Shown here in pieces: positions 1 to 9,603 of a stretch of 64,000 nucleotides of DNA (its first letter is position 1; each line of letters opens with the position of its first letter). The notes under the pieces were generated by a model. That model was not told where the DNA came from. It made no database searches and saw only the letters and a list, made by a program, of their open reading frames with translations. This DNA comes from an uncultured SAR86 cluster bacterium (GTDB lineage: Bacteria; Pseudomonadota; Gammaproteobacteria; Magnimaribacterales; D2472), in contig CACNRI010000003.1 of the NCBI GenBank assembly GCA_902622845.1, positions 42,080-106,079 of the forward strand. Reading direction: 5' to 3'. Made by a program: the position numbers and the translations under genes.

Positions 1-2
1 AT

Positions 3-194
3 AATGCTAATAATGAGAATAAGATTCTAGAAGCAGAGATAGATTTTGATAAAGTTAGGGAATCAAGAATGAAAGGATTTATGGGTCTAGGTCAGCCACT
101 CAAAAGTTTCAGAGATAATCCTTTTAATCCTGTAAATTATATGGATAAAGAATATTTAGATTCACTTGGAGATTTAAAGAAAAATAAATCCTAA
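3..194 (+). CDS. C-terminal fragment of a gene starting upstream of the window (possibly nitrilase-superfamily carbon-nitrogen hydrolase)
   Basis: Frame is open from the window edge to TAA at 192-194. Translation is NANNENKILEAEIDFDKVRESRMKGFMGLGQPLKSFRDNPFNPV... The AEIDFDKVRESR stretch resembles C-N hydrolase C-termini, but this is a weak basis. Confidence 0.3.
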   Translation, partial: NANNENKILEAEIDFDKVRESRMKGFMGLGQPLKSFRDNPFNPVNYMDKEYLDSLGDLKKNKS

Positions 195-195
195 A

Positions 196-645
196 TTATT
201 TTAAAACAAAATCACCGGTTTCAAGATCGATAACACTATCAACTTTAATAAGGCTCCAATGCTTAAAGTTATATTTATATGAATGTTCAATAGGTTTACT
301 TAGATAATTTTCATATATGAGTTGTTTCGAAGCCTTAAGAGCTTTAAAGTCAAAATACTTGCAATCATAGGCAGCACTAATTTTCTTTTTTTCAAAGTCA
401 TACCAAAAGTAATCCCCATTCTTATCAATTAAATTAAAGCACTTTGATGTCATTACAGAATTTTGTTCGGTTCTCCCTTTTTCATTTATTACAAACTCAA
501 CAATTGCATATCCACTAATCCTTTTAGCATAAGCAGACTTTGGATATTGAGGTTTGAATTTAGCTTTAGTCTTAAAGTCATCGGCAACAATGTATGCAGA
601 AATAAAAAAGAAAAGAATTAAGAGTTTAAAACTTATTTTGATCAT
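196..645 (-). CDS. secreted TonB C-terminal-domain-like protein
   Basis: N-terminal signal-like segment ISFKLLILFFFISAYIVA. KPQYPKSAYAKRISGYAIVEFVINEKGR matches the YP..A...G.eG.V.v.F pattern of TonB_C. No Pro-rich spacer. Confidence 0.6.
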   Translation of the reverse strand: MIKISFKLLILFFFISAYIVADDFKTKAKFKPQYPKSAYAKRISGYAIVEFVINEKGRTEQNSVMTSKCFNLIDKNGDYFWYDFEKKKISAAYDCKYFDFKALKASKQLIYENYLSKPIEHSYKYNFKHWSLIKVDSVIDLETGDFVLK

Positions 646-886
646 AAGATTTATGCCTTCCTACAGTGAAATCTCTTTTTGAAAGATGTTTGGTTTTCCT
701 CCCATACACTCTTTTTCTCCATAACCTATAAGAGGAAGTTTTTAAATTTTCTCTCATTAATTCTTTCACCTTTTGTTCTTTGAGACCATATTGAGATTCA
801 ATAGCATCAAAAGTTGTTCTATCTTCCCACGCCATCTCGATTATTCTATCGATATCAGATTTTGAAAGAGTAATTCTTTTTTGCAT
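626..886 (-). CDS. TIGR03643/DUF2805 family protein
   Basis: 86 aa. IDRIIEMAWEDRTTFDAIESQYGLKEQKVKELMRENLKTSSYRLWRKRV is characteristic of this small family as I recall it. Confidence 0.75.
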   Translation of the reverse strand: MQKRITLSKSDIDRIIEMAWEDRTTFDAIESQYGLKEQKVKELMRENLKTSSYRLWRKRVYGRKTKHLSKRDFTVGRHKSYDQNKF

Positions 887-1644
887 TAGTTAAAAGTCAA
901 TCCACCATCAACTGTAAGGTTTTGTCCAGTTATAGATCTAGATTGGTCGGAAGCAAAAAACAAGGCCGCATTTGAAAAATCTTCAATTGTCGTAACTTTT
1001 TGAAGCGGTGTCATTTCAGCAATTGCATCAAAAACAAAATCTGGTGTTGCAGAACTTGCATCTGTTACTTTAAGCAAGCCACCCGAGAGCATGTTCACAG
1101 TTATTCCATCTGGACCTAAATCCTTTGCAAATGTTCTTGTTAAACCCAATAGAGCTGCTTTTGCCACTGTGTAATCATGATAAGGAACAACAGGATTCTG
1201 AACCAAGTTTGTACCAATGTTAATAATTCTTCCAAAAGATTCACTTTTCATATCTGGAATAAGACCTTGAATGAGATTTAAAGACCCTTTGAGAGTAACA
1301 TTTAGGTGATCCTGTATTTCATTCCAAGAAATAGACTCAGCATTTTTTCTATCATCGCCATTGAAGACATATGAAGTCATTGCATTATTCACTAATATTG
1401 AAGGATGATGACCAAACTCTTCTTTGATATTCTGTAACATAGCGTCAACATCATCTTTTCTTGAAACATCACACTTAAAGATTTGAGATGGACTTGGAAG
1501 TCTTTCAGACAAGCTTTTTGCTTCTTTTTCACTTTTGAAGTAGTTAACAGCTACTTTATAACCAGCCTCGGAAAAAGACTTTGCCATAGCAGCACCAAGA
1601 CCTCTACTTGAGCCAGAAATTAATACTAATTTATTCATTTGCAT
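886..1644 (-). CDS. SDR family oxidoreductase (FabG-like)
   Basis: Glycine-rich NAD(P) motif LISGSSRGLG near the N-terminus and SDR length. The track ORF starts at a TTG (1677), but ATG at 1644 or 1638 gives the typical MNKLVLISG start. Confidence 0.85.
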   Translation of the reverse strand: MQMNKLVLISGSSRGLGAAMAKSFSEAGYKVAVNYFKSEKEAKSLSERLPSPSQIFKCDVSRKDDVDAMLQNIKEEFGHHPSILVNNAMTSYVFNGDDRKNAESISWNEIQDHLNVTLKGSLNLIQGLIPDMKSESFGRIINIGTNLVQNPVVPYHDYTVAKAALLGLTRTFAKDLGPDGITVNMLSGGLLKVTDASSATPDFVFDAIAEMTPLQKVTTIEDFSNAALFFASDQSRSITGQNLTVDGGLTFN

Positions 1645-1729
1645 TCCATTGAGTATATATCTTAATCTTGATAACAATAAATATATATATACATAAGTTT
1701 TATTCCAAGTAATTAACTATAATATCTAT

Positions 1730-1927
1730 ATGAATATGAACAAATTAATATCAACAATAGTTTTAGTCATTCTTGGTTTTTCAACATCAGTTATTCTCTT
1801 TTTATATCAAACAGAGAGACTTGATATGGAAACAGCCCAGACATTAGCACTATATTTCTTTGGTGCGTTCATCTTATTTGGAGCTGTTTATCTATATTTT
1901 GATCTGAAAAACTTAAGTAAAAAATAA
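1730..1927 (+). CDS. small two-TM membrane protein
   Basis: 65 aa with two hydrophobic spans (ISTIVLVILGFSTSVILFL and LALYFFGAFILFGAVYLYF). Sits 11 nt upstream of the next gene. Confidence 0.5.
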   Translation: MNMNKLISTIVLVILGFSTSVILFLYQTERLDMETAQTLALYFFGAFILFGAVYLYFDLKNLSKK

Positions 1928-1938
1928 AGGAGACTTTT

Positions 1939-2952
1939 ATGGATAAAGTATTGGTAACTGGTGGTTCCGGATTTATTGCTCTTCATTGCATCGATCAACT
2001 TTTAGAAAAAGGGTATGACGTAAGAACAACAGTTAGATCAGAATCTAGAATTGATGAAATTAAAAATGCTATGAATCAATACCCTAATTTAGATCAAAGT
2101 CTAGAATTTCATATTTGTGACTTACTTGAAGACGAAGGCTGGGATGAGGCAGTAAATGGATGTGAATATGTTTTGCATGTTGCCTCACCTTTTATACTAG
2201 AAGTTCCAAGTGATGAAGATGTTCTTATAAGACCTGCTGTTGATGGAACCTTAAGAGTTTTAAAGGCATGTTCTAGGAGTGATGTTAAAAAAGTAGTTCT
2301 TACATCTTCAGTTGCAGCTGTTGCATATGGGCATGAACAATCAAAGATTTATGATGAATCCGACTGGTCAAATACTGGAGAAGATTCAGGCATTACTCCT
2401 TATGCCAAAAGTAAAACCTTGGCAGAAAAGGCAGCATGGGATTTTTTAGATACTTTATCTAGTGATGATAAATTTAATTTCACTGTCATAAATCCAGTTG
2501 GTGTCTTTGGCCCAATGCTTACAAGTGATATCGGTACTTCAAATTCGTTAGTTTCTAAGCTAATAAATGGCGAACTGCCTGCATGTCCAGCAACTCATAT
2601 GGGTTATGTAGATGTTAGGGATGTAGCAAAAGCTCATATTTTTTCAATGCTAAATGAGTCTACTAATGACAAACGTATTATTGTAAGTGAGTCAGAAATG
2701 TTCTTTGTTGATGTTGGCAGAATCTTAAATGATGCAGGATTTAAAAAATCACCTACTAAACAAATGCCAAACTGGTTAGTAAAAATTTTAGCTATATTTG
2801 TTAAGGAACTTTCAGGAGTTACCAAGTCATTGGGAAAAAGAGTAGACACAGATAAATCTAGAGCAAAATCACTATTCGATTGGGATTATATCTCCGCTAA
2901 AGATTCCATAGTTGACACCGCAAATCAATTGTCTGCAATGGACAAAAAGTGA
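1939..2952 (+). CDS. NAD-dependent epimerase/dehydratase family (aldehyde / dihydroflavonol-reductase-like extended SDR)
   Basis: VLVTGGSGFIALH Rossmann motif, YAKSK catalytic YxxxK, 337 aa. Confidence 0.85.
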   Translation: MDKVLVTGGSGFIALHCIDQLLEKGYDVRTTVRSESRIDEIKNAMNQYPNLDQSLEFHICDLLEDEGWDEAVNGCEYVLHVASPFILEVPSDEDVLIRPAVDGTLRVLKACSRSDVKKVVLTSSVAAVAYGHEQSKIYDESDWSNTGEDSGITPYAKSKTLAEKAAWDFLDTLSSDDKFNFTVINPVGVFGPMLTSDIGTSNSLVSKLINGELPACPATHMGYVDVRDVAKAHIFSMLNESTNDKRIIVSESEMFFVDVGRILNDAGFKKSPTKQMPNWLVKILAIFVKELSGVTKSLGKRVDTDKSRAKSLFDWDYISAKDSIVDTANQLSAMDKK

Positions 2953-3317
2953 ACCAATTAAATATCTTTGATGAAGTTCTTCATGAATGCTGTTCAAACC
3001 CAATAACTGGTTTTTTTAGAGATGGTTTTTGTAATACTAATGAATATGATCAAGGCCTTCATATAGTTTGCTGTCTTATAGATGATAAATTTTTACAATT
3101 TTCCTTTGATCAAGGAAATGATTTAATTACTCCTAGACCTGAATTTAATTTTCCTGGTTTAAAAGAGGGAGACTCATGGTGTGTTTGCGCACTTAGATGG
3201 AAAGAGGCGCATGAAAATGGGTGTGCTCCAAAGATATATTTAAGAAGAACAAATAAAAAAGTCCTTAAGTTAGTTGATCTAAAGATTTTAAAAGAATTCG
3301 CTTTAGACTTAGAATAA
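2949..3317 (+). CDS. DUF2237 family protein
   Basis: 122 aa. CCSNPITGFFRDGFCNT and later Cys/His positions fit DUF2237. GTG start overlaps the upstream stop (GTGA). Confidence 0.65.
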   Translation: MNQLNIFDEVLHECCSNPITGFFRDGFCNTNEYDQGLHIVCCLIDDKFLQFSFDQGNDLITPRPEFNFPGLKEGDSWCVCALRWKEAHENGCAPKIYLRRTNKKVLKLVDLKILKEFALDLE

Positions 3318-3335
3318 GTTAATAAGAATTTCTAT

Positions 3336-4211
3336 ATGAAAGATTTTAATAACAAAGTTGCTTTAATAACTGGTGCTGGATCTGGAATAGGTCGCGCATT
3401 AGCTCTTCAGCTTGCAGAGGAGGGGTGTAACTTAGCGCTAGTTGATTGGAATAATGAGACACTTGAAGAGACAAAGACTCTTTTAAGCTCAAAAAATATT
3501 TCTGTTTCAATACATAACTTTGATCTGAGAGATAAAGATAGGATAAATGAACTACCAGATAAGATAGTTGAGCTGCATAACAATATTGATATTATTTTTA
3601 ATAATGCTGGCTTATCGGTAGTTGGAACTGTTGACGAAGTTGATGAGGAAGACTGGAATTTTGGTATGGATATCCTCCTTAATTCAGTTATTCAGATGAG
3701 TACTGTTTTTCTCCCCCATCTTCAAAAAAGACCAGTATCAGCAATTGTTAATACTTCATCAATTTTTGGCCTTTTTAGTGTCCCGAAACAATCTATTTAC
3801 AACGTTGGAAAGTTTGGTGTCAAAGCATTTACTGAGTCCCTGGCTCTAGAAATGGAAATGGCTGAATCACCTGTTGAGGTTTACTGCGTATTTCCAGGGC
3901 ATATTGGAACGAACATATATCAAGCATCCAAATTTAAAAGCTTTGAAGCAGATGATGCAGGCGCTGCAATTTTTGGTGCTAATGCTTCTACTATTGAAGA
4001 AGCGGCTGATCAATTTAAAAACAATGCTCCATCTTCCCCTGAGCATGCAGCTAAAGTAATAATCAAAAATATAAAAAAGAAAAATAAACGCATCCTAATC
4101 GGGGCTGATGCACATTTTTATGATCTTATGAGCAGACTGTTCCCAAAACACTTCATAAAGATTATTTGGGTATGGCCATTTTTAAGGAGTTTATTTACAA
4201 GAAATAAGTAA
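3336..4211 (+). CDS. SDR family oxidoreductase
   Basis: ALITGAGSGIGRALA motif, NNAG, YNVGKF (YxxxK). Confidence 0.85.
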   Translation: MKDFNNKVALITGAGSGIGRALALQLAEEGCNLALVDWNNETLEETKTLLSSKNISVSIHNFDLRDKDRINELPDKIVELHNNIDIIFNNAGLSVVGTVDEVDEEDWNFGMDILLNSVIQMSTVFLPHLQKRPVSAIVNTSSIFGLFSVPKQSIYNVGKFGVKAFTESLALEMEMAESPVEVYCVFPGHIGTNIYQASKFKSFEADDAGAAIFGANASTIEEAADQFKNNAPSSPEHAAKVIIKNIKKKNKRILIGADAHFYDLMSRLFPKHFIKIIWVWPFLRSLFTRNK

Positions 4212-4239
4212 TTACCTACTGAAAAAAAGATTTATATTA

Positions 4240-4920
4240 TTACTTCGTAACTATTCCTTCAGTATTTTTTGAAAACTCTTCTGCTTTTTCAGCATCTTTT
4301 AAAATATTCTCTACAGGAACTGGTACTTTAATGCCTGCCTTCATTCCAGGCTGTTCATACATTGCATTTTTCCATCTATCTAGATGCTCTAAACCATCTA
4401 TAGAAACCCCTGACCAATTGTGCGTTCTAACCCAGCACCAATTTGCAATATCAGCAATGGAGTATTCACCAGCAACCCATTCATTGTTCTTTAAATTATT
4501 ATCAAGGACCTCAAAGAGTCTCCTGCATTCATTTTGATATCTATCAATAGCAGGTTGGAGTTTTTCAGGAAAGTATCTAAAAAAGACATTAGCTTGACCC
4601 ATCATTGGACCAATGTGACCCATTTGGAACATTAGCCATTCTATAGTTCGTGCTCTTTTTTCTTTATCTATAGGAAGTAGGAGTCCAGTTTTATCTGCTA
4701 GATATATTAAGATTGCACCAGATTCCGCAAGCTTAAAACCATTTTCTTGATCAATAATTGCAGGTATCTTTCCATTTGGACTTATCTCAAGAAAGTCTGG
4801 TTTATGCTGGTCACCTTCCATTAAATTTACAGCAATAGCATTGTAATCAAGACCCATAGCCTCTAATGCACATGATATCTTATGACCATTTGGAGTAGGT
4901 GATGTGTATAGATCGATCAT
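4240..4920 (-). CDS. glutathione S-transferase (YfcG/YghU-like, Nu-class-like)
   Basis: [24 protein letters not shown]...[12 protein letters not shown]...[10 protein letters not shown] is a typical GST N-domain followed by a helical C-domain. Confidence 0.85.
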   Translation of the reverse strand: MIDLYTSPTPNGHKISCALEAMGLDYNAIAVNLMEGDQHKPDFLEISPNGKIPAIIDQENGFKLAESGAILIYLADKTGLLLPIDKEKRARTIEWLMFQMGHIGPMMGQANVFFRYFPEKLQPAIDRYQNECRRLFEVLDNNLKNNEWVAGEYSIADIANWCWVRTHNWSGVSIDGLEHLDRWKNAMYEQPGMKAGIKVPVPVENILKDAEKAEEFSKNTEGIVTK

Positions 4921-5390
4921 TATTTAGCTTCCCTTAAACTCAACATAAACATTATTAATGCGTAAATCAAGATAGGTATTTGGTAAAGTTGCCCTGGAGG
5001 TGTATTTATATAATATTCAGGTGTTAAGGGATGAATAAAACCCGAGATTAATCTCAGAGGTATATCAATTATTACTATTAACCAAATAACAGACATCAAG
5101 GATCTGTATCTGAAGAAAATAAGGATCATTAGTATAGTAATTATTACTTGAGAAGCACCCCATAAGGAGGCAAATAAATACACTAAATTATTTGGATCGA
5201 TATTATCTACAAGAGGCAGAGGCTTTATTGTTGCTATTGGCACTAAGCCAGCAGTTTCACTAAGTAAGTGCATAAATGATCTAAATATATAGATTGCTAA
5301 TATTGGATAAAATCCCCAAATAGCTAAATTATTTCGGTTGTAAATATTGTTCGCTTGTTTTGGAAATACAATATTAAGATACTTAATCAT
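4920..5390 (-). CDS. integral membrane protein, unknown function
   Basis: 156 aa with about four hydrophobic spans. Overlaps both neighbours by 1 and 4 nt. Confidence 0.6.
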   Translation of the reverse strand: MIKYLNIVFPKQANNIYNRNNLAIWGFYPILAIYIFRSFMHLLSETAGLVPIATIKPLPLVDNIDPNNLVYLFASLWGASQVIITILMILIFFRYRSLMSVIWLIVIIDIPLRLISGFIHPLTPEYYINTPPGQLYQIPILIYALIMFMLSLREAK

Positions 5391-6445
5391 TCTGTTAAAG
5401 AAAGAATAATCTCATCTGAACCTACTGGTAAAGTAACAGTGGTACCATCAATAGATGCTGTCCAGTTTTGAAAATCCTTATCTATATCACGATAAAAAAT
5501 CTTTTCCATTATTTGATTCCTTGGTGCTGGAAGAGCGTGATAGAAGATCAAATGTCCAACATTAGCTCGCTTTGCAATATCTACAACCTCAAGTACTGGT
5601 ATGTGATAGTCCTGAACATCAAATAAGACTATATCAATTACATCATTACCGACTGCTTTTGCACCTTTCCTCATAGACTCTAGTAGACCGATATTCATTA
5701 CTTCATGGAAAAGCACATCTACGTTCATTGATTGCTGAAGAAGATCATCGCTGAAGACAGTATCCCCACTAATAATTATTGATCGACCTTTATATTCTAT
5801 TTTGAAGGCAAGGCTTGGCTCAACTGGATAATGTAAAACCTCAAATGAAGTTATTTTCAAACCATTTTCATCAATCACAACTTTATTATTTTCGGTAATA
5901 GCCTTTGTATCAAACCCAGCAGCATCTGATGAAGCTATTGATTCACCATGATGCTTATTTCTAAAAATATAGTCCTGAGAGTAAGCCATTTCAATCCCTG
6001 CAGTAAGAAGATCAACACCTTTGGGGCCATATACTTTTAATTTCTCTTTTCTTCCTCCAACTATCCAAGATTGGAGATGGACATCAGCTAGTTCAGCAAT
6101 ATGATCTGAATGAAGATGCGTATAAAAGACTCCTTTTAAATTAGTCCAAGGGATGCCCCAGTTTTGCAGATTACTTGTACTGTCATTTCCACTATCAAAT
6201 AAATAAACATCATCACCAGCTTCAATATAAATGCATGTTTCTGCTCTGTTTACATCAAATATTGGAGATCTTGATCCACAAACAATCGCTTTTAAAGAAT
6301 CCTTATCATCAAGAAATGGCTCTGGCAGCATTGAAGTCACTGCTCTATCAAGAAGCCTGTCTTGAACTGTATGATTATTGATCGCAACTCTATATATAAC
6401 AACGAGAACAACAATAATGGAAACAATCGTTAGTATCTTTTTCAT
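5387..6445 (-). CDS. membrane-anchored or secreted MBL-fold metallo-hydrolase
   Basis: HLHSDH (HxHxDH) motif, later His/Asp ligands, and an N-terminal hydrophobic anchor KKILTIVSIIVVLVVIY. Confidence 0.8.
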   Translation of the reverse strand: MKKILTIVSIIVVLVVIYRVAINNHTVQDRLLDRAVTSMLPEPFLDDKDSLKAIVCGSRSPIFDVNRAETCIYIEAGDDVYLFDSGNDSTSNLQNWGIPWTNLKGVFYTHLHSDHIAELADVHLQSWIVGGRKEKLKVYGPKGVDLLTAGIEMAYSQDYIFRNKHHGESIASSDAAGFDTKAITENNKVVIDENGLKITSFEVLHYPVEPSLAFKIEYKGRSIIISGDTVFSDDLLQQSMNVDVLFHEVMNIGLLESMRKGAKAVGNDVIDIVLFDVQDYHIPVLEVVDIAKRANVGHLIFYHALPAPRNQIMEKIFYRDIDKDFQNWTASIDGTTVTLPVGSDEIILSLTE

Positions 6446-6498
6446 ATTATAAATTTTATCTTTTTTTGAAATAATTAACTAATTCATAGCTTTTTAAG

Positions 6499-7965
6499 TT
6501 ATTTAGATTCAGCATTCTCAAAAGCTTTTTCAACCCAGGGAATTCTATCCTCCTTACCACCAAATAAATCTGGATCTCTTAAAATCTCTGGAAGTGGTAA
6601 TGATCTATCTTCTCCCCTTGGTAAATCGGATAATTCTTGAGAGTATTTTTCTACTAGTTCTGGATAAATTTCAGCAATATTTATTGTTTCTGTTGGATCA
6701 TTAATAATATTAAAGAGTTCATATTCCCCATTACTAGATATCAGTTTGTATGGCATATCCACAAATGATAAAACATTATTTGTTATATCAATTACAGCAT
6801 ATTTTGTTTTCTTGGAATCGCCGATGTTCATTAATATATTTGCTTGAGAGTTACCATCAACATTTATTTCACTCCCATAATCTACTAGATCAATAATTGT
6901 TGGAAGAATATCAATCATCGAAATGAAATTTGTACTTTTATCTTGTTCAATTTTATCAGGCCACCATATTGCAGCAGGAACTCTTATACCTCCCTCAGAT
7001 ACTGACATTTTTCCTTTAGGTAAAGGCATATTACTACTTGCTCCATCAAAATTACTACATAACCACTCAAATACCTCAAACGACAAAGGCCTTTCCCAAT
7101 CACAAATACCTAATTTGTAGGGAAGATTGAGAATCCCGGGATCTAATTCAAGATTTGGAGGTAAGCCACCATTATCACTAGCAAAGAAAATAATTGTGTT
7201 ATTTAGTATATTTTTTTCTTTAAGAGCATTTATGATTTGGCCAATAGCATCATCCATCTCATGAACCATTGCTGCATGAATTCTTCTATTTTCTGACTGT
7301 ATGTTCTTAAATTTATCTATAGATTCCTGAGGTGCTTCATTCGGAGTATGAGGGGCTCCAAAATTTATATTTAAAAATATGCTTGATTGATCGTTATGAT
7401 TTTCAATGATTCTAATAGCGTCATCTCTTATTAGATGAGTTGTATAACCCTCTTTTCTATGTAGTTTTTCATTTTTTTGCCAATCATAACCTCCACCATG
7501 CACATGATCCCAATAACCATTGCCACCCTGAAGATATCCATAAAAATAATCAAATCCTCTTCTTGTTGGGAAGTACTCAGGAGTGTATGCACCCAAATGC
7601 CATTTTCCTAAAAGATATGTTTGATAATTCATTTCTTTTAAATACTGAGGAAGGATTTTTTCATTGAGTCCTAAGCCTAATTTTTGATTTTTAGATATTG
7701 GTCTTGTAATACCAAGTCTTATAGCTGATTTCCCAGTCATTAGCTCAGCTCTTGTTGGACTGCATGTTGGCTGGACATAAAATCTATCAAGTTCAACTCC
7801 TGATGAAATTAAACTATCAATATTGGGTGTCTCTATTTCACTTCCATGATAACTAACATCATTCCAACCCAAATCATCTGCAAGAATAATAAGTATATTC
7901 GGAGAGGAAAAACCATAATTAGTAATAAAAATAGATACAAGTAAAAAAAGTTTATTCTTAATCAT
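6499..7965 (-). CDS. arylsulfatase (formylglycine-dependent sulfatase family), secreted
   Basis: ILADDLGWNDV followed by the CSPTR (CxPxR) formylglycine site with AELMTGK. Signal peptide present. ATG at 7965 preferred over the TTG at 7980. Confidence 0.9.
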   Translation of the reverse strand: MIKNKLFLLVSIFITNYGFSSPNILIILADDLGWNDVSYHGSEIETPNIDSLISSGVELDRFYVQPTCSPTRAELMTGKSAIRLGITRPISKNQKLGLGLNEKILPQYLKEMNYQTYLLGKWHLGAYTPEYFPTRRGFDYFYGYLQGGNGYWDHVHGGGYDWQKNEKLHRKEGYTTHLIRDDAIRIIENHNDQSSIFLNINFGAPHTPNEAPQESIDKFKNIQSENRRIHAAMVHEMDDAIGQIINALKEKNILNNTIIFFASDNGGLPPNLELDPGILNLPYKLGICDWERPLSFEVFEWLCSNFDGASSNMPLPKGKMSVSEGGIRVPAAIWWPDKIEQDKSTNFISMIDILPTIIDLVDYGSEINVDGNSQANILMNIGDSKKTKYAVIDITNNVLSFVDMPYKLISSNGEYELFNIINDPTETINIAEIYPELVEKYSQELSDLPRGEDRSLPLPEILRDPDLFGGKEDRIPWVEKAFENAESK

Positions 7966-8857
7966 ATTTGACAGTACCAAATCTTTTCATTGGTATAATC
8001 TTTCTTTTATCAATCTCCTCAATAATTGCTTTAAGAACGGACGAATTATTATTTTTATTAAATTCACTCAGCAAATCTTTTTCCTTATCAGTGTAGTAAT
8101 TAAGAATTCCATCCTCATAACTCTTTCTCGATTTAAGATTTTCCCAATATTTATAGAGAAAGGGTGTTTTGTATGACACTGTCTCTTCAAGACCAAGATC
8201 AATTAATCTGTTGAATACACACATAAGATTTATATCAACATGAGAAAATGTGTTGTAAAAGAAAGTTCTACCATCAGAAAATAACTTTTCTAATTTTAGA
8301 ATTTCATCAACATAATTTTTAACACCCATAAATGGAATCCTTTTTGAAGGATTGCCAAAGTACATTGCAATGAAGATCATTTTTCTATCTTTTCTTGGAT
8401 GTCTCAAAAGAATCTTCACTATTGAGCTGAAGGGTAGTTGTTTGATCATATATTGAAGGAGTGGTGATGAGAAAACTGGCATTATTGTTCCTAATGTAGA
8501 AGCAAACTCTACTCCATCAGTGATCGTTGTATCTGCTGCCCATTTTCTTATCTCAGTTTCATCTACATTGTCTGGATAGAGTGAATGGTTATCAATAGAA
8601 TCAATTTTATCTAATTGATAGATTATTTCTTCACTTCCACAAATTATGTTCTTATCTATTTTAATTGCAGGAACTGTTCCAAGTGGATTTATTTCTAGAT
8701 ACTCTTTATCAATATTTTCACCTTCGGGATATTGATCACAAAGTTTTATATGATGTTCATTAAATGAAAAACCTTTTTCAAGTAAAGCCACTCTAACCAT
8801 TTGGCTGCAAAAGGACCAATTTGCATGATAAAGAGTTATGTTTGGATGAGACATCAA
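7958..8857 (-). CDS. GST-like protein with thioredoxin-fold N-domain and candidate active-site Cys
   Basis: ITLYHANWSFCSQMVRVALLEKG...INPLGTVPAI...GSEEIIYQL is a GST_N-type fold with Cys where Ser/Tyr sits in classical GSTs. 299 aa. Confidence 0.65.
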   Translation of the reverse strand: MMSHPNITLYHANWSFCSQMVRVALLEKGFSFNEHHIKLCDQYPEGENIDKEYLEINPLGTVPAIKIDKNIICGSEEIIYQLDKIDSIDNHSLYPDNVDETEIRKWAADTTITDGVEFASTLGTIMPVFSSPLLQYMIKQLPFSSIVKILLRHPRKDRKMIFIAMYFGNPSKRIPFMGVKNYVDEILKLEKLFSDGRTFFYNTFSHVDINLMCVFNRLIDLGLEETVSYKTPFLYKYWENLKSRKSYEDGILNYYTDKEKDLLSEFNKNNNSSVLKAIIEEIDKRKIIPMKRFGTVKYD

Positions 8858-8862
8858 AGAAG

Positions 8863-9549
8863 TTAATCTTTAAATTTCTTTTTCATATTAACAACAGCAT
8901 CAAATCCTGAGACCGGTTTCTTTCCCTCAGGAACAGTATTACCTTTGGTTATTAATTCTGAAAAATCACTACCGGCTTTATACATTTCGTATAAAACCTC
9001 TACATCCATATTTGTTCCTATTGGCTCATCCTCAAAATCTGGTGAAATATTACTTTTAAATTCCTCAGCTGATGAAAAATGTTCAAAAAATATTTCAACT
9101 AAATTACCATCAGGATCTTTATAATATATTCCACTAATCCATCCATGATTTATTGTCCAAAGTGGATCTAATCCTCGTTCTTTTGCTTCAAAATAGAAGT
9201 TAAACCATCTATCTATTGGATTTATCCTGTAAGAGATGTGATCAAGGCCCACAATAGTTGGTATTTTTTTATTAAGAAACAGTTTCAGATTCATAATTAG
9301 CTTTGGAATAAAACCTAAGTTCTTTAAAACATCTGACGTATTAGCAATTGCTACTCTATGATGTTCATCATCAAATGCTAAGAATGTAATTTGATTGCTT
9401 TGGTAGAGAGGCTCGCAACCAAAAAGTTTTTTATAAAACTCTACCATTTCTTCATAATTGGTTGTTTTGAATGCCACATGATGAAAGTCATCTGGCGAAT
9501 ATTCAGATTTAAAATTTAAATATAGATCTTTATTAAAAATTTTTTCCAT
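8863..9549 (-). CDS. VOC (glyoxalase / extradiol dioxygenase) superfamily protein
   Basis: FHHVAFKT...FYKKLFG...LDHISYRI...DPDGNLVEIF repeats the two beta-alpha-beta-beta-beta modules with His/His/Glu candidate ligands. Confidence 0.7.
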   Translation of the reverse strand: MEKIFNKDLYLNFKSEYSPDDFHHVAFKTTNYEEMVEFYKKLFGCEPLYQSNQITFLAFDDEHHRVAIANTSDVLKNLGFIPKLIMNLKLFLNKKIPTIVGLDHISYRINPIDRWFNFYFEAKERGLDPLWTINHGWISGIYYKDPDGNLVEIFFEHFSSAEEFKSNISPDFEDEPIGTNMDVEVLYEMYKAGSDFSELITKGNTVPEGKKPVSGFDAVVNMKKKFKD

Positions 9550-9603
9550 ATAATTTATTATACTTATTGACTTAACTATTTATACTTTGAAATATTAATT
9601 TAT

